This document shows, piece by piece, positions 21,957-31,773 of a stretch of 64,000 nt of DNA. Each line of letters opens with the position of its first letter. Position 1 is the first letter of the stretch. The DNA is from Candidatus Rariloculaceae bacterium (GTDB taxonomy: Bacteria > Pseudomonadota > Gammaproteobacteria > Steroidobacterales > Rariloculaceae): NCBI GenBank assembly GCA_965223375.1, contig OZ245000.1:275062-339061 (forward strand). Reading direction: 5' to 3'. The notes beneath the pieces were generated by a model. It was given only the letters and a program-made list of their open reading frames with translations. It did no database searches and had not been told where the DNA came from. Made by a program: the position numbers and the translations under genes.

Positions 21957-23600
21957 ATGGCCGTCGACGAACTCGAGTATGACGTCGCCATCGTGGGCGG
22001 CGGCCCGGCCGGTCTCGCAACGGCGATCCGCCTGAAGCAGCTTGCGGCCGCCGCTGGCCGTGAAGTGTCGGTCTGCCTGCTCGAAAAAGGCGCGGAAATC
22101 GGTGCCCACACGCTGTCGGGCGCCGTGATAGAGACCGGCGCACTCGAGGAGCTCATACCCGACTGGGCAGCACGCAGCGGCGGAATCGGCGTTTCGGTGA
22201 TACGCGACGAGTTTCGCTGGCTCACCGGCAGCAGGTCATCATTGCGAGTGCCGTCACCGCTCGTTCCGGCCAGCATGCACAATCATGGCAACCGCATCGT
22301 AAGTCTCGCCCGCCTCTGCCGCTGGCTGGGTGGCGAGGCCGAAGCGCTCGGCGTGGATGTGTTTGCCGGATTCCCCGCCGGCGACCTGTTGTTCGGCGAC
22401 GACGGCAGCGTCACCGGCATCGTGACCGGCGCGACCGGCCTCCGACGCGATGGCAGTCAGGGCGAAGACTACGAACCCGGGATGCCGCTGCGTGCCCGGT
22501 ACACTGTCCTGGCGGAAGGCGCGCGCGGACATCTTGCGCGGCGCCTGATTCGTGAATTCGAGCTCGACGACGGGTGCGACCCGCAGCACTATGGTCTCGG
22601 CCTGAAGGAACTCTGGGAGGTCGACACGGCCCATCACGAACCAGGACTGGTCGTGCACGGCGCAGGCTGGCCCCTTGGCCGTAGCGCGACGGGCGGGTTC
22701 TTTCTCTACCATGGCCAGGATGCCGTGGTATCTCTCGGTCTCGTCGTCGATCTGAACTACCGCAATCCGTGGCTCGACCCGTTCCGCGAGTTTCAGCGCC
22801 TGAAGCACCATCCACTGTTTAGCCGGGCGCTGGCCGGTGCCCGGAGAATCGCCTACGGGGCGCGCACCATAGCGAAGGGCGGACAGCATTCGCTGCCGCA
22901 GCTCGCGGCGCCTGGCGCCCTCCTCGTCGGCTGTGCTGCCGGCACGCTGAACGTTGCCAAGATGAAAGGCACACACACGGCACTGAAGTCCGGCATGCTC
23001 GCGGCGGAAGCGCTGCACACCGCGCTGATCGCCGGGCGCGCCAACGACACGGTGCGCGAGTACGCCGATTCCATGGCTGCCGGCGTGCTTGCTAACGAGC
23101 TGCGAGCCAGTCGAAATTTCGGACCCGCGATGCACCGCTTCGGCATGCTGGCGGGCGGATTGTTCAATCTGGTCGAGCAGTCGCTGTTGCGTGGCCGCTC
23201 GCCGGTAGCGCTGCGCGACCGCATTGCTGATCATTCGAGCCTCGCGCGAGCGGCCCGCGCGGAGCAGATCGCATATCCCGACCCGGACGGGATACTGAGC
23301 TTCGATCGCATGTCGTCCGTTTATCTGTCCGGCACCAATCACCGCGACGACCAGCCGTCCCATCTTCTGCTCGCAGACCGGACGATCGCGACCGACACGA
23401 ATCTGCGCGAGTATGCCGGGCCCGAGCAACGCTACTGCCCGGCAGGCGTTTACGAGTTCGCAGGCGTCGGCGACGCGGCGGAGCTGCGGATCAATGCGCA
23501 GAACTGCGTCCACTGCAAGGCTTGCGACGTCAAGGATCCGCGCCAGAATATCACCTGGGTACCGCCGGAATCGGGCGGGCCGCTGTACGGCGACATGTAG
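21957..23600 (+). CDS. ETF-ubiquinone oxidoreductase
   Basis: GGGPAGL, EIGAHTLSGA, YGLGLKELWE, C-terminal YCPAGVYE and NCVHCKACD [4Fe-4S] ligands. Confidence 0.93.
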   Translation: MAVDELEYDVAIVGGGPAGLATAIRLKQLAAAAGREVSVCLLEKGAEIGAHTLSGAVIETGALEELIPDWAARSGGIGVSVIRDEFRWLTGSRSSLRVPSPLVPASMHNHGNRIVSLARLCRWLGGEAEALGVDVFAGFPAGDLLFGDDGSVTGIVTGATGLRRDGSQGEDYEPGMPLRARYTVLAEGARGHLARRLIREFELDDGCDPQHYGLGLKELWEVDTAHHEPGLVVHGAGWPLGRSATGGFFLYHGQDAVVSLGLVVDLNYRNPWLDPFREFQRLKHHPLFSRALAGARRIAYGARTIAKGGQHSLPQLAAPGALLVGCAAGTLNVAKMKGTHTALKSGMLAAEALHTALIAGRANDTVREYADSMAAGVLANELRASRNFGPAMHRFGMLAGGLFNLVEQSLLRGRSPVALRDRIADHSSLARAARAEQIAYPDPDGILSFDRMSSVYLSGTNHRDDQPSHLLLADRTIATDTNLREYAGPEQRYCPAGVYEFAGVGDAAELRINAQNCVHCKACDVKDPRQNITWVPPESGGPLYGDM

Positions 23601-23625
23601 GTATTCAGATTTTGGATATTTTATT

Positions 23626-23638
23626 TATCAACAGTTTA
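23626..23638 (+). promoter_or_regulatory. IHF-consensus site in an AT-rich patch upstream of prpB
   Basis: TATCAACAGTTTA matches WATCAA-N4-TTR, with an AT tract on its 5' side. Confidence 0.5.
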
Positions 23639-23704
23639 TAAGGTTTATATGAACCTCCTGATTAAACTCTTCTTCGCGTATGCCGCACGATGGCGGCGTG
23701 TGCA

Positions 23705-24580
23705 ATGACGGCCGGCGCCCGTTTCCGTCAGGCTCTGGCCGCCGAGTCGCCGCTGCAGCTGGCGGGCACCGTCAACGCCTATTGCGCGTTGCTGGCCGAG
23801 CGCGCCGGCTTTCGCGCGATCTACCTGTCAGGCGCAGGGGTCGCCAACGCGTCACTCGGTCGGCCCGATCTGGGCATTACGAATTCTTCCGATCTGGCCG
23901 AAGACATTCGACGTATCACGTCCGCAAGCGATCTGCCGCTGCTGGTCGACGCGGATACCGGCTTCGGCTCCGCCTTCAACATCGCGCGGACCTGCACGGA
24001 CCTGATTCGCGCCGGCGCGGCGGGACTCCACCTGGAGGACCAGGTGCAGGCGAAACGCTGTGGCCACCGTCCCGGAAAGGCGCTGGTCGATGAGCACGAG
24101 ATGGCGGATCGCCTGCGCGCCGCCGTAGATGCCCGGACCGATGACGACTTCGTCATCATGGCGAGGACCGACGCGCATGCCGTTCTCGGCCAGCAAGCAG
24201 CGGTGGAACGCGCGGCAGCCTACGTGGAAGCGGGCGCGGACATGATCTTCGCCGAGGCGTTGCGCTCGCTCGACGAGTACCGCGACTTCGTGCAGGCCGT
24301 CGACGTGCCGGTGCTCGCGAACATGACCGAATTCGGCGTTACGCCCCTGTTCACGCTCGATGAGCTCGCGGGGGCCGGTGTGCGGCTCGTCCTGTATCCG
24401 CTGTCCGCATTTCGCGCAATGAGCCGTGCGGCGACAACCGTCTACGAGTCGATCCGACGCGAAGGAACGCAGAGATCGGTCGTCGATTCCATGCAGACGC
24501 GTGAGGAGCTGTACGAAGTGCTCGGCTATCACGAGTACGAGCAACGCCTCGACGAGCTCTTCGGAAACGACGAAGAATGA
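23705..24580 (+). CDS. prpB: Methylisocitrate lyase
   Basis: [39 protein letters not shown]. Confidence 0.95.
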   Translation: MTAGARFRQALAAESPLQLAGTVNAYCALLAERAGFRAIYLSGAGVANASLGRPDLGITNSSDLAEDIRRITSASDLPLLVDADTGFGSAFNIARTCTDLIRAGAAGLHLEDQVQAKRCGHRPGKALVDEHEMADRLRAAVDARTDDDFVIMARTDAHAVLGQQAAVERAAAYVEAGADMIFAEALRSLDEYRDFVQAVDVPVLANMTEFGVTPLFTLDELAGAGVRLVLYPLSAFRAMSRAATTVYESIRREGTQRSVVDSMQTREELYEVLGYHEYEQRLDELFGNDEE

Positions 24581-26034
24581 GCGGGGCAGCCATTAAGTCA
24601 GCCGAGAGGCCGAAGCCGGACCGCCTTCTGGAGGAGATCGCGACCTACACTGTTGCGAGCGGAGTGGATGGAACGCTTGCCTACGAAACGGCCCGCTACT
24701 GTCTGCTCGATTCGCTCGCTTGCTGCTTTCAGGCCCTGGCCTTCCCTGCCTGCAGGCGCCTGCTCGGACCGATCGTCCCGGGAGCGACGCTGCCGGGTGG
24801 CGCGCGAGTGCCCGGGACCGCGTTCGAGCTCGATCCGGTCCAGGCGGCTTTCAACACCGGCGCCCTGGTGCGTTGGCTCGACTTCAACGACACGTGGCTC
24901 GCTGCCGAATGGGGACACCCATCCGACAATCTCGGCGCCATTCTCGCCGTTGCGGACTATCTCGGGCGTGCAGGCGCGCCTGACGGCGGCACGCCGATGT
25001 GTGTACGCGACCTGCTGACCTGCATGATCAAGGCGCACGAGATCCAGGGGGTCCTGGCACTGACGAACAGCTTCAATCGAGTGGGGCTGGATCATGTCCT
25101 GCTGGTGCGGGTTGCATCGACGGCAGTTGCCACCGGAATGCTCGGCGGGTCGATCGAGGACGTCATCAATGCGGTCTCCAACGCATGGCTCGACGGCGGC
25201 GCGTTGCGCACCTACCGGCACGCACCGAATACCGGGTCGCGGAAGAGCTGGGCGGCGGGCGACGCCACTTCGCGTGCGGTGCGCCTTGCGCTGTTGGCGC
25301 GCCGCGGCGAAATGGGCTACCCGTCGGCGCTCTCGGCGCCCGGCTGGGGTTTTCAGTCGGTGCTGTTCGACGACCGGACGATCGAGCTCAGCCGGCCACT
25401 GGGCAGCTACGTGATGGAGAACGTGCTCTTCAAGATCAGCTTTCCGGCCGAATTCCACGCGCAGACGGCCGTTGAATGCGCGCTCGAGCTTCACGAGGCT
25501 GTAGCCGGCCGGCTCGACGATATCGCCGAGGTGAGAATCGAGACCCAGGAGCCGGGCGTCCGGATCATCGACAAGACCGGAACGCTGGCGAATCCCGCCG
25601 ACCGCGACCACTGCATTCAGTACATGGTTGCGATTCCGCTGATCTTCGGCCGGCTTGAAGCGGCCGACTACGAGGACGATGTCGCGAGCGACGAACGCAT
25701 CGATGCACTGCGTTCCCGGATGACCGTGGTCGAGAACGAGACCTTCACACGGGAGTACTACGAACCCGACAAGCGCTACATCGGCAATGCGATTCAGATT
25801 GCGTTTCGCGACGGGTCCCGCACCGAGCGCGTCGCGCTCGACTATCCGGTCGGCCACAGGCTGCGGCGTGCAGAGGGCGTCCCGCTGTTGCTCGACAAGT
25901 ACGAGCGCTCGGTCAGGAGCCATTTCGAGGGGGCGCAGGCCGACCGGGTCGCCGGTCTCGCCACGCTCGGCGACGCGCTCGACGAGATGCCGGTCACCGA
26001 GCTCGTCGACACGCTGGTGACCGACCGAGCCTGA
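24577..26034 (+). CDS. prpD: 2-methylcitrate dehydratase
   Basis: [48 protein letters not shown]. Confidence 0.95.
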   Translation: MSGAAIKSAERPKPDRLLEEIATYTVASGVDGTLAYETARYCLLDSLACCFQALAFPACRRLLGPIVPGATLPGGARVPGTAFELDPVQAAFNTGALVRWLDFNDTWLAAEWGHPSDNLGAILAVADYLGRAGAPDGGTPMCVRDLLTCMIKAHEIQGVLALTNSFNRVGLDHVLLVRVASTAVATGMLGGSIEDVINAVSNAWLDGGALRTYRHAPNTGSRKSWAAGDATSRAVRLALLARRGEMGYPSALSAPGWGFQSVLFDDRTIELSRPLGSYVMENVLFKISFPAEFHAQTAVECALELHEAVAGRLDDIAEVRIETQEPGVRIIDKTGTLANPADRDHCIQYMVAIPLIFGRLEAADYEDDVASDERIDALRSRMTVVENETFTREYYEPDKRYIGNAIQIAFRDGSRTERVALDYPVGHRLRRAEGVPLLLDKYERSVRSHFEGAQADRVAGLATLGDALDEMPVTELVDTLVTDRA

Positions 26035-26223
26035 TACGGTCGGATCTGGCGCGTTCCCGTCGGAACACGCTCGGCGACAGAACCCCGGCCGGGCGGACGG
26101 CCAGGTTGTCGACGGCCCGCCAGCCCGGATTTGGGCCCGCAGCGACTTGCAGTCGCCGGCCGTAGTCGTCAGCATAGACGCGGCTTCATCGGGCACGATC
26201 ATCAACCACAATCGGAAACGACC

Positions 26224-26793
26224 ATGAAAACCATAGTTTCGGGATTACTCGGCCTCGCCATCGCACTGCCTGCCATCGCTGCGCTCGAAGTTGGCGATTC
26301 CGCACCGCAATTTCAGGCGAAGGCCTCACTCGCGGGCGAAGAGTTCGACTTTTCGTTGAGCGAAGCACTGGCGGAAGGACCCGTCGTCGTCTATTTCTAC
26401 CCCTCGGCCTACACGCAGGGCTGCAACATTCAGGCGCATCAGTTCGCGACTCAGATGGACGACTTTGAAGCTGCCGGCGCGAGCGTCATCGGCGTTTCGC
26501 TCGACAGCATCGAGCGTCTGAACGACTTCTCGGCCGACCCGGAGTACTGCGCCGGACGTCTCGCCGTCGCCTCCGATCCGGAGGGTGCCATCGCACTGTC
26601 CTATGATCTCGATGTCCGAGAGGGTCGCGCGGGCCTGACGGATACGCGCGGTGTCGAGATCGGCCACGGCTTCGCCGAACGGACTACATTCATTGTCACG
26701 CCGGATGGCCAGATCTCGCATACGATCGGCGGCGTCTCACCGATCGAAAACGTGCAGGCGTCCCTCGAGGCAGTTCGTTCGCTCAACAACTGA
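26224..26793 (+). CDS. Exported peroxiredoxin (BCP/PrxQ type)
   Basis: Signal peptide; YFYPSAYTQGC (PxxxTxxC); ERTTFIV. Confidence 0.85.
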   Translation: MKTIVSGLLGLAIALPAIAALEVGDSAPQFQAKASLAGEEFDFSLSEALAEGPVVVYFYPSAYTQGCNIQAHQFATQMDDFEAAGASVIGVSLDSIERLNDFSADPEYCAGRLAVASDPEGAIALSYDLDVREGRAGLTDTRGVEIGHGFAERTTFIVTPDGQISHTIGGVSPIENVQASLEAVRSLNN

Positions 26794-26901
26794 TAGACAC
26801 AACAACAGGCCGGCGGCGCTTTGCGTCGCCGGCCTCCCCGGCAATCAGGGACCGCTCGCGGCACCGATGGTGCAGGGCCGGCCCCGCGCCGCTCGCCCCT
26901 G

Positions 26902-29163
26902 ATGCGCGCGCCCCCGGTTCATAAAGACCTCGTGCTGATCGGCGGCGGCCACAGCCATGTGGCCGTGCTCCGCTCCTTCGGCATGCGCCCGATCCCGGGC
27001 GTCCGCTTGACCCTGGTCACCCGCACAATCGAGACACCCTACTCCGGCATGTTGCCGGGTCTGATCGCCGGCTATTACTCGCATGACGAAGCCCACATTG
27101 ACCTTGCGCCGCTGAGCCGCTTCGCCGGCGCGCGACTGCTCAGAGCGGCCGCCATTGCCATCGACGCGGAGCGCCGGCTGATCGAGCTCGAAGGCCGCCC
27201 GCCGCTCGAATACGACGTCTGCTCGTTGAACTGCGGCTCCACACCGACACTGCCGGATTCTATCGAGCCGTCTGACTGCCTTACGCCGGTCAAGCCGATT
27301 GACGCGTTTCTTGCGGCATGGGAGGCGACCGTCGAGCATGCTGCAACGCTGAACCGGCCGATTCGGATCGCGATCGTCGGTGGCGGAGCCGGCGGCGTCG
27401 AGCTCGCTCTCGCCGCCGCAGCACGCCTGCGCCGCGAAGGCCACGACGCAGCGCTCGAACTGCTGACGGCAAGCGACCGGATTCTTCCGACTCACAACGG
27501 TGGCGCCCGCAGGCGACTGCACGCGGCGCTGAGTCGCCGCGGGATCGCGGTCCACGATGGGGACGCCGTCGTCAACGTTCGCGGCGGACGCCTCGAAACA
27601 CGGTCGGGACGGTGCGACGACTTCGACCGCGTTTTCTGGGTGACGCACGCTAGCGCGCCGGGGTGGATCTCGCGGTCCGGTCTCGAAACCGATGAGGCCG
27701 GCTTCCTGGCCGTCGATCCCCGCCTGCAGTCCCTTTCACATGACGGTGTATTCGGTGCCGGCGACGTCGCGAGTATTCGCGGCTTTCCGAGGCCGAAGTC
27801 GGGTGTCTTCGCCGTGCGGGCTGGCAAGCCGCTGACCGCCAATCTGCGCGATGCGATTCGGGGTAGAGCGCCGCGGCGAAATTTTCTTCCACAACGCGAA
27901 TTTCTCAGCCTGATCGGCACCGGCGACGGCTCAGCCATCGCTTCGCGCGGACCCTTTGCTGCCGGCGGCCCGAGCCTTTGGCGACTAAAGGAGTGGATAG
28001 ACCGCCGGTTCATGCGCCGATATCAGCAGCTGCCGGCCATGTCGGACGACGAGCCCCGTTTGACCGTGCCGACAGACATTGCGGACGAGCAGTCGGAGCT
28101 CGGCGACCCGATGCGCTGCGGCGGCTGCGGGGCCAAGGTCGGCGCTGACGTGCTCGCCGCTGCGCTCGAAGGTCTGCCGGTCGGGACCGGAGCCGCTGCC
28201 GGCACCCGGCATGACGTCGAAATCGGGCTCGGAGCACCGGATGACGCCGCGTTGCTGGCGGCGCCGCGCGACGGCCTCATCGCAGTCTCGGTCGATGGCT
28301 TTCGGACAATGATTGACGATGCCTGGCTCTTCGGCAGAATTACCGCAACCCACTGCCTGAACGACCTGCACGCGATGGGCGCCACCCCTCAGGCCGCCCT
28401 CGCGTTCGCCGCTTTGCCGGTGTGGCCGCAGCGCAAACTGGTCGGCGAGCTGCGGCTGATGCTGCAAGGTGCGATTGCAACGCTCGCAGACGACGGCGCC
28501 GAGCTCGTGGGTGGTCACACCAGCGAGTCAGCGGAAACCAGCCTCGGCTTCTCCGTGACCGGGCTCGTCACTCGTGATCGCGTATTGAGCAAACGCGGCC
28601 TCAATGCGGGGCACCGGCTCATTCTTACGAAGGCCCTCGGCACCGGTGCGATACTCGCAGCTCACATGCGCGCACGCGCGCGCGGCAGGTGGCTCGAAGC
28701 TGCCATTGCCTCGATGTGCCAATCGAACGCGCAAGCCGCGAGCGTTTTTCTGGCATTCGGCGCTACCGCCTGCACGGACGTCAGTGGATTCGGTTTTCTC
28801 GGGCACCTGAGCGAAATGGTCGCAGCAGGACAGACCATTGAGCTCGACATCGATGCCGTGCCGGCACTCGACGGTGCCATGGAATGTATCGAGCGCGGCT
28901 TGCTCTCGACGATGCACCCGAAAAACGCGCGATTACCGGCCGGTGTTCGATGCGACGAGTCTCTGCGCCGGGACCGGCATTATCCGCTGCTGCTCGATCC
29001 GCAAACTGCCGGCGGCCTGCTCGCAGCAGTACCGGCGGAGTTGGCTGTTGCGTGCCTTGCGGCGCTGGAATCGGCCGGCTACGGCGCGAGCGCAATCGTC
29101 GGCCGGGTCGTCGCAGGCGGCGACGGCGTTACGATTCGCCCGGCAACCGGCCAACGATCATAG
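26902..29163 (+). CDS. selD: Selenide, water dikinase fused to an N-terminal FAD/NADH oxidoreductase-like domain
   Basis: N-terminal GGGHSH, GGGAGG, GAGD; C-terminal MRCGGCGAKV, DDAA, NDLHAMG, GGHT, LTKALGTG, TDVSGFG, DPQTAGGLL. Confidence 0.92.
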   Translation: MRAPPVHKDLVLIGGGHSHVAVLRSFGMRPIPGVRLTLVTRTIETPYSGMLPGLIAGYYSHDEAHIDLAPLSRFAGARLLRAAAIAIDAERRLIELEGRPPLEYDVCSLNCGSTPTLPDSIEPSDCLTPVKPIDAFLAAWEATVEHAATLNRPIRIAIVGGGAGGVELALAAAARLRREGHDAALELLTASDRILPTHNGGARRRLHAALSRRGIAVHDGDAVVNVRGGRLETRSGRCDDFDRVFWVTHASAPGWISRSGLETDEAGFLAVDPRLQSLSHDGVFGAGDVASIRGFPRPKSGVFAVRAGKPLTANLRDAIRGRAPRRNFLPQREFLSLIGTGDGSAIASRGPFAAGGPSLWRLKEWIDRRFMRRYQQLPAMSDDEPRLTVPTDIADEQSELGDPMRCGGCGAKVGADVLAAALEGLPVGTGAAAGTRHDVEIGLGAPDDAALLAAPRDGLIAVSVDGFRTMIDDAWLFGRITATHCLNDLHAMGATPQAALAFAALPVWPQRKLVGELRLMLQGAIATLADDGAELVGGHTSESAETSLGFSVTGLVTRDRVLSKRGLNAGHRLILTKALGTGAILAAHMRARARGRWLEAAIASMCQSNAQAASVFLAFGATACTDVSGFGFLGHLSEMVAAGQTIELDIDAVPALDGAMECIERGLLSTMHPKNARLPAGVRCDESLRRDRHYPLLLDPQTAGGLLAAVPAELAVACLAALESAGYGASAIVGRVVAGGDGVTIRPATGQRS

Positions 29164-29245
29164 TCGACTCTGCCTCGGATGAATCGCGGCGACGCTGCCC
29201 TATAATCGCGAGGAACAGTCGACGTTCGGATCAGGGGAATCGCCG

Positions 29246-30076
29246 ATGACACTCAGGCCCATTCTGTTTGCCGCAGCACTGCTCCTGCCGGCTGTCGGCT
29301 CCGCTCAGATCTCCTGCGCACGTGGTGGCCTGCAGCGAGCGGTGGATCTTTACATCGAGGCACAGTCCACCGGCGACCTCTCGGGGCTCCCGCTCGCGTC
29401 CGGGCTTGGCTACGTCGAAAACATGGAGCGGATCAGTATCGAAGACGGCCTGATCAACCAGGCATTCGAAATCGATCACCATTTCAGTCTGCTGGACACG
29501 GATAGCTGCCAGACGTTTACCGAAGTGATCGTCACGAATGACGACAATCCGCATGTCCTCGGCACGCGTCTGCGCGTCAACCACGACAAGATCGCCGAGA
29601 TCGAGATTCTGTGGACGACGACCGGCTACTGGTTGTTCGATGCCGACGCGTACCTGGAATACTCATCGAACGAGGATTGGGGGCCGATTCCAGCCGCCGA
29701 GCGCGACACGCGCGGAACACTGGTCGGCGCCGCCAACGCCTACCTGGACGCATTTCTCGAGGGCGAGATCGACCTGGTGCCGTGGGGGTTCCCGTGCGTG
29801 CGCATCGAAGGCGGCGCGTACACGGGTCGCGGATCGCCCGACGACAGCTGCGAAGTCGGCGTGCCAAGCGGCGTCAACATCGCGAACCGCCGCTTCGTCG
29901 TTGACGAGGTGATCGGTGCCGTCGTCGCGTTCTGCACGTTCGGGGCGGGCGTCCCGGACGGCGGCAGCGGTGCGCCGGATACGCATCTGTTCAGGGTCGA
30001 GAACGGCCGGCTACGCTATGTCCACACTCTCACGCACCTGCTGATGTCGGATTTTCAGGGCGGCCAGGACGACTGA
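29246..30076 (+). CDS. Secreted hypothetical protein
   Basis: Signal peptide, five Cys, host-like codon usage, GGGGA RBS. Confidence 0.65.
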   Translation: MTLRPILFAAALLLPAVGSAQISCARGGLQRAVDLYIEAQSTGDLSGLPLASGLGYVENMERISIEDGLINQAFEIDHHFSLLDTDSCQTFTEVIVTNDDNPHVLGTRLRVNHDKIAEIEILWTTTGYWLFDADAYLEYSSNEDWGPIPAAERDTRGTLVGAANAYLDAFLEGEIDLVPWGFPCVRIEGGAYTGRGSPDDSCEVGVPSGVNIANRRFVVDEVIGAVVAFCTFGAGVPDGGSGAPDTHLFRVENGRLRYVHTLTHLLMSDFQGGQDD

Positions 30077-30247
30077 CACTCCCGTTGCGCATTCTGCCCT
30101 GCGCCCGCTGCAGCCAGGCTGGCCGATGCGCGCGCCGTTCCCGGCATCCAACGCACCTGGCGCACACTGCCGCCAAAGGGCTGAGCCCGCACCCGAGCGA
30201 TACCTCAGGCGTGCCCCGGTGGAGCCACTCGCGAGGAATTCCGACCT

Positions 30248-31603
30248 TTGAGTGAGACGCAGCTGATCGCCGCTGCCGTCGCCGGCATCGCGCTGGTGCT
30301 CTATCTGATCATCGGCGTCAGGGTTCACGCATTCGTCGCTTTGCTCATCGGGAGCCTCGTTATCGGTGTTACGGCCGGAATGCCGCTGACGACGGTGCTC
30401 GAGTCGGTCACGACCGGGGCCGGCAGCACGCTCGCATCTATCGCCGTCATCATCGGCCTGGGGGCCATGTTCGGACGGCTGCTCGAAGCATCCGGCGGAG
30501 CGAGAGTGCTTTCCGACGAACTGGTGAAACGGTCCGGCGAGCGCAACGCCCAATGGTCGCTGCTCGCGGTCGGCTTCATTGTCGCGATACCGGTCTTTTT
30601 CGACGTCGCCTTCATAGTCCTGGTTTCGGTCGTCTACGGCCTCTGCCGTCGCACCGGGCGGCCGATCGTGTTCTATGCACTGCCCTTGCTCGCCGGTATC
30701 GCGGTGACGCATGCGTTCATTCCGCCGACGCCGGGGCCGATCGCCGTTGCTGGCCTGCTGGGGGCGGATCTGGGATCGGTGATGCTCTTCGGGACGCTCG
30801 TCGGCCTGCCGGCCGCAATCGTCGCGGGACCGATCTATGCGCGTTTCATCACGAGACTCGTGCCGAGTGGCGTACCGCCCTACATGCAAACGGACGGCGA
30901 CAATCGGCCGGCCGGCGTGAGGCGCAGACTTCCGGGAGCCGGCCTCATTGCGGCCCTGATCGCTTTGCCGCTGGGTCTGATCGTCGCCGCAACGCTGGCT
31001 GACAGTGCGCTGCCGGCAACCGGCGGGCTGCGGAGCTTCGTGATCTTCCTCGGCCATCCCGTCGTTGCGCTGCTGGTGACGACAATCCTGTGCTTCTGGC
31101 TGCTGGGCGTACGCTGCGGCTACTCGCGAGAAGAAGTTCAGAACATCGCGACCGGCGCGCTGGAACCGGCCGGTATCGTGATACTGGTCACCTGCGCTGG
31201 CGGCGTATTCAAGCAAGTGCTGATCGACTCCGGCGTCGGTGCCGTCTTTTCGGACTGGCTGGCCGCCTCCGCGCTTACCCCCCTGCTACTCGCATTCGCA
31301 ACGGCAGCGACAGTTCGGATCATTCAGGGCTCGGCAACGGTGGCCATGCTGACGGCCGGGGGCCTCGTCTCCGCCGTTCTGGAGCAGCAGCAGTATTCGC
31401 AGTCGATGCTGGCCCTTCTGGTCGTATCGATCGCTGCTGGCGCCACCTGCGCATCGCACGTCAACGACTCGGGCTTCTGGCTCGTCAACCGCTACCTCGG
31501 CCTCAGTGTCGCCGATACGCTTCGCACGTGGACCGTGACATCGACGATCATCGCCGTCGTGTCGATGATGCTGATCGTCGCTCTGAGCGCGGTCGTCGGC
31601 TAG
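30248..31603 (+). CDS. GntP-family gluconate:H+ symporter
   Basis: IPVFFD, HAFIPPTPGP, QGSATVA, SHVNDSGFW. Confidence 0.92.
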   Translation: MSETQLIAAAVAGIALVLYLIIGVRVHAFVALLIGSLVIGVTAGMPLTTVLESVTTGAGSTLASIAVIIGLGAMFGRLLEASGGARVLSDELVKRSGERNAQWSLLAVGFIVAIPVFFDVAFIVLVSVVYGLCRRTGRPIVFYALPLLAGIAVTHAFIPPTPGPIAVAGLLGADLGSVMLFGTLVGLPAAIVAGPIYARFITRLVPSGVPPYMQTDGDNRPAGVRRRLPGAGLIAALIALPLGLIVAATLADSALPATGGLRSFVIFLGHPVVALLVTTILCFWLLGVRCGYSREEVQNIATGALEPAGIVILVTCAGGVFKQVLIDSGVGAVFSDWLAASALTPLLLAFATAATVRIIQGSATVAMLTAGGLVSAVLEQQQYSQSMLALLVVSIAAGATCASHVNDSGFWLVNRYLGLSVADTLRTWTVTSTIIAVVSMMLIVALSAVVG

Positions 31604-31773
31604 CCAGGCACGCTGTGGAGATTTAAGCGCCGAGGTATCTTGCGGCTCCCGGCGAACCGCCGCATCATTGCGGCGGGCCCTGGCATCGGCCCCCGGATAC
31701 GATCGTATAGACTTGCGGCGGCGAGCTTTCGAACGAGGGCGGCTCGCCGCACTGTGGAATTTGCAAGGATCGC

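Noticed and set aside
24598-26211. Long antisense ORFs (also 2142-3395, 22254-23513, 46634-48385)
   Set aside because: They lie opposite well-recognised genes and are typical high-GC shadow frames with no motifs.
26807-26835. Strong hairpin between the peroxiredoxin gene and selD as a terminator
   Set aside because: No U-tract on the relevant strand and no other copies seen.
26224-29163. Sec forms of the peroxiredoxin or SelD
   Set aside because: Both active sites use Cys codons in uninterrupted frames.
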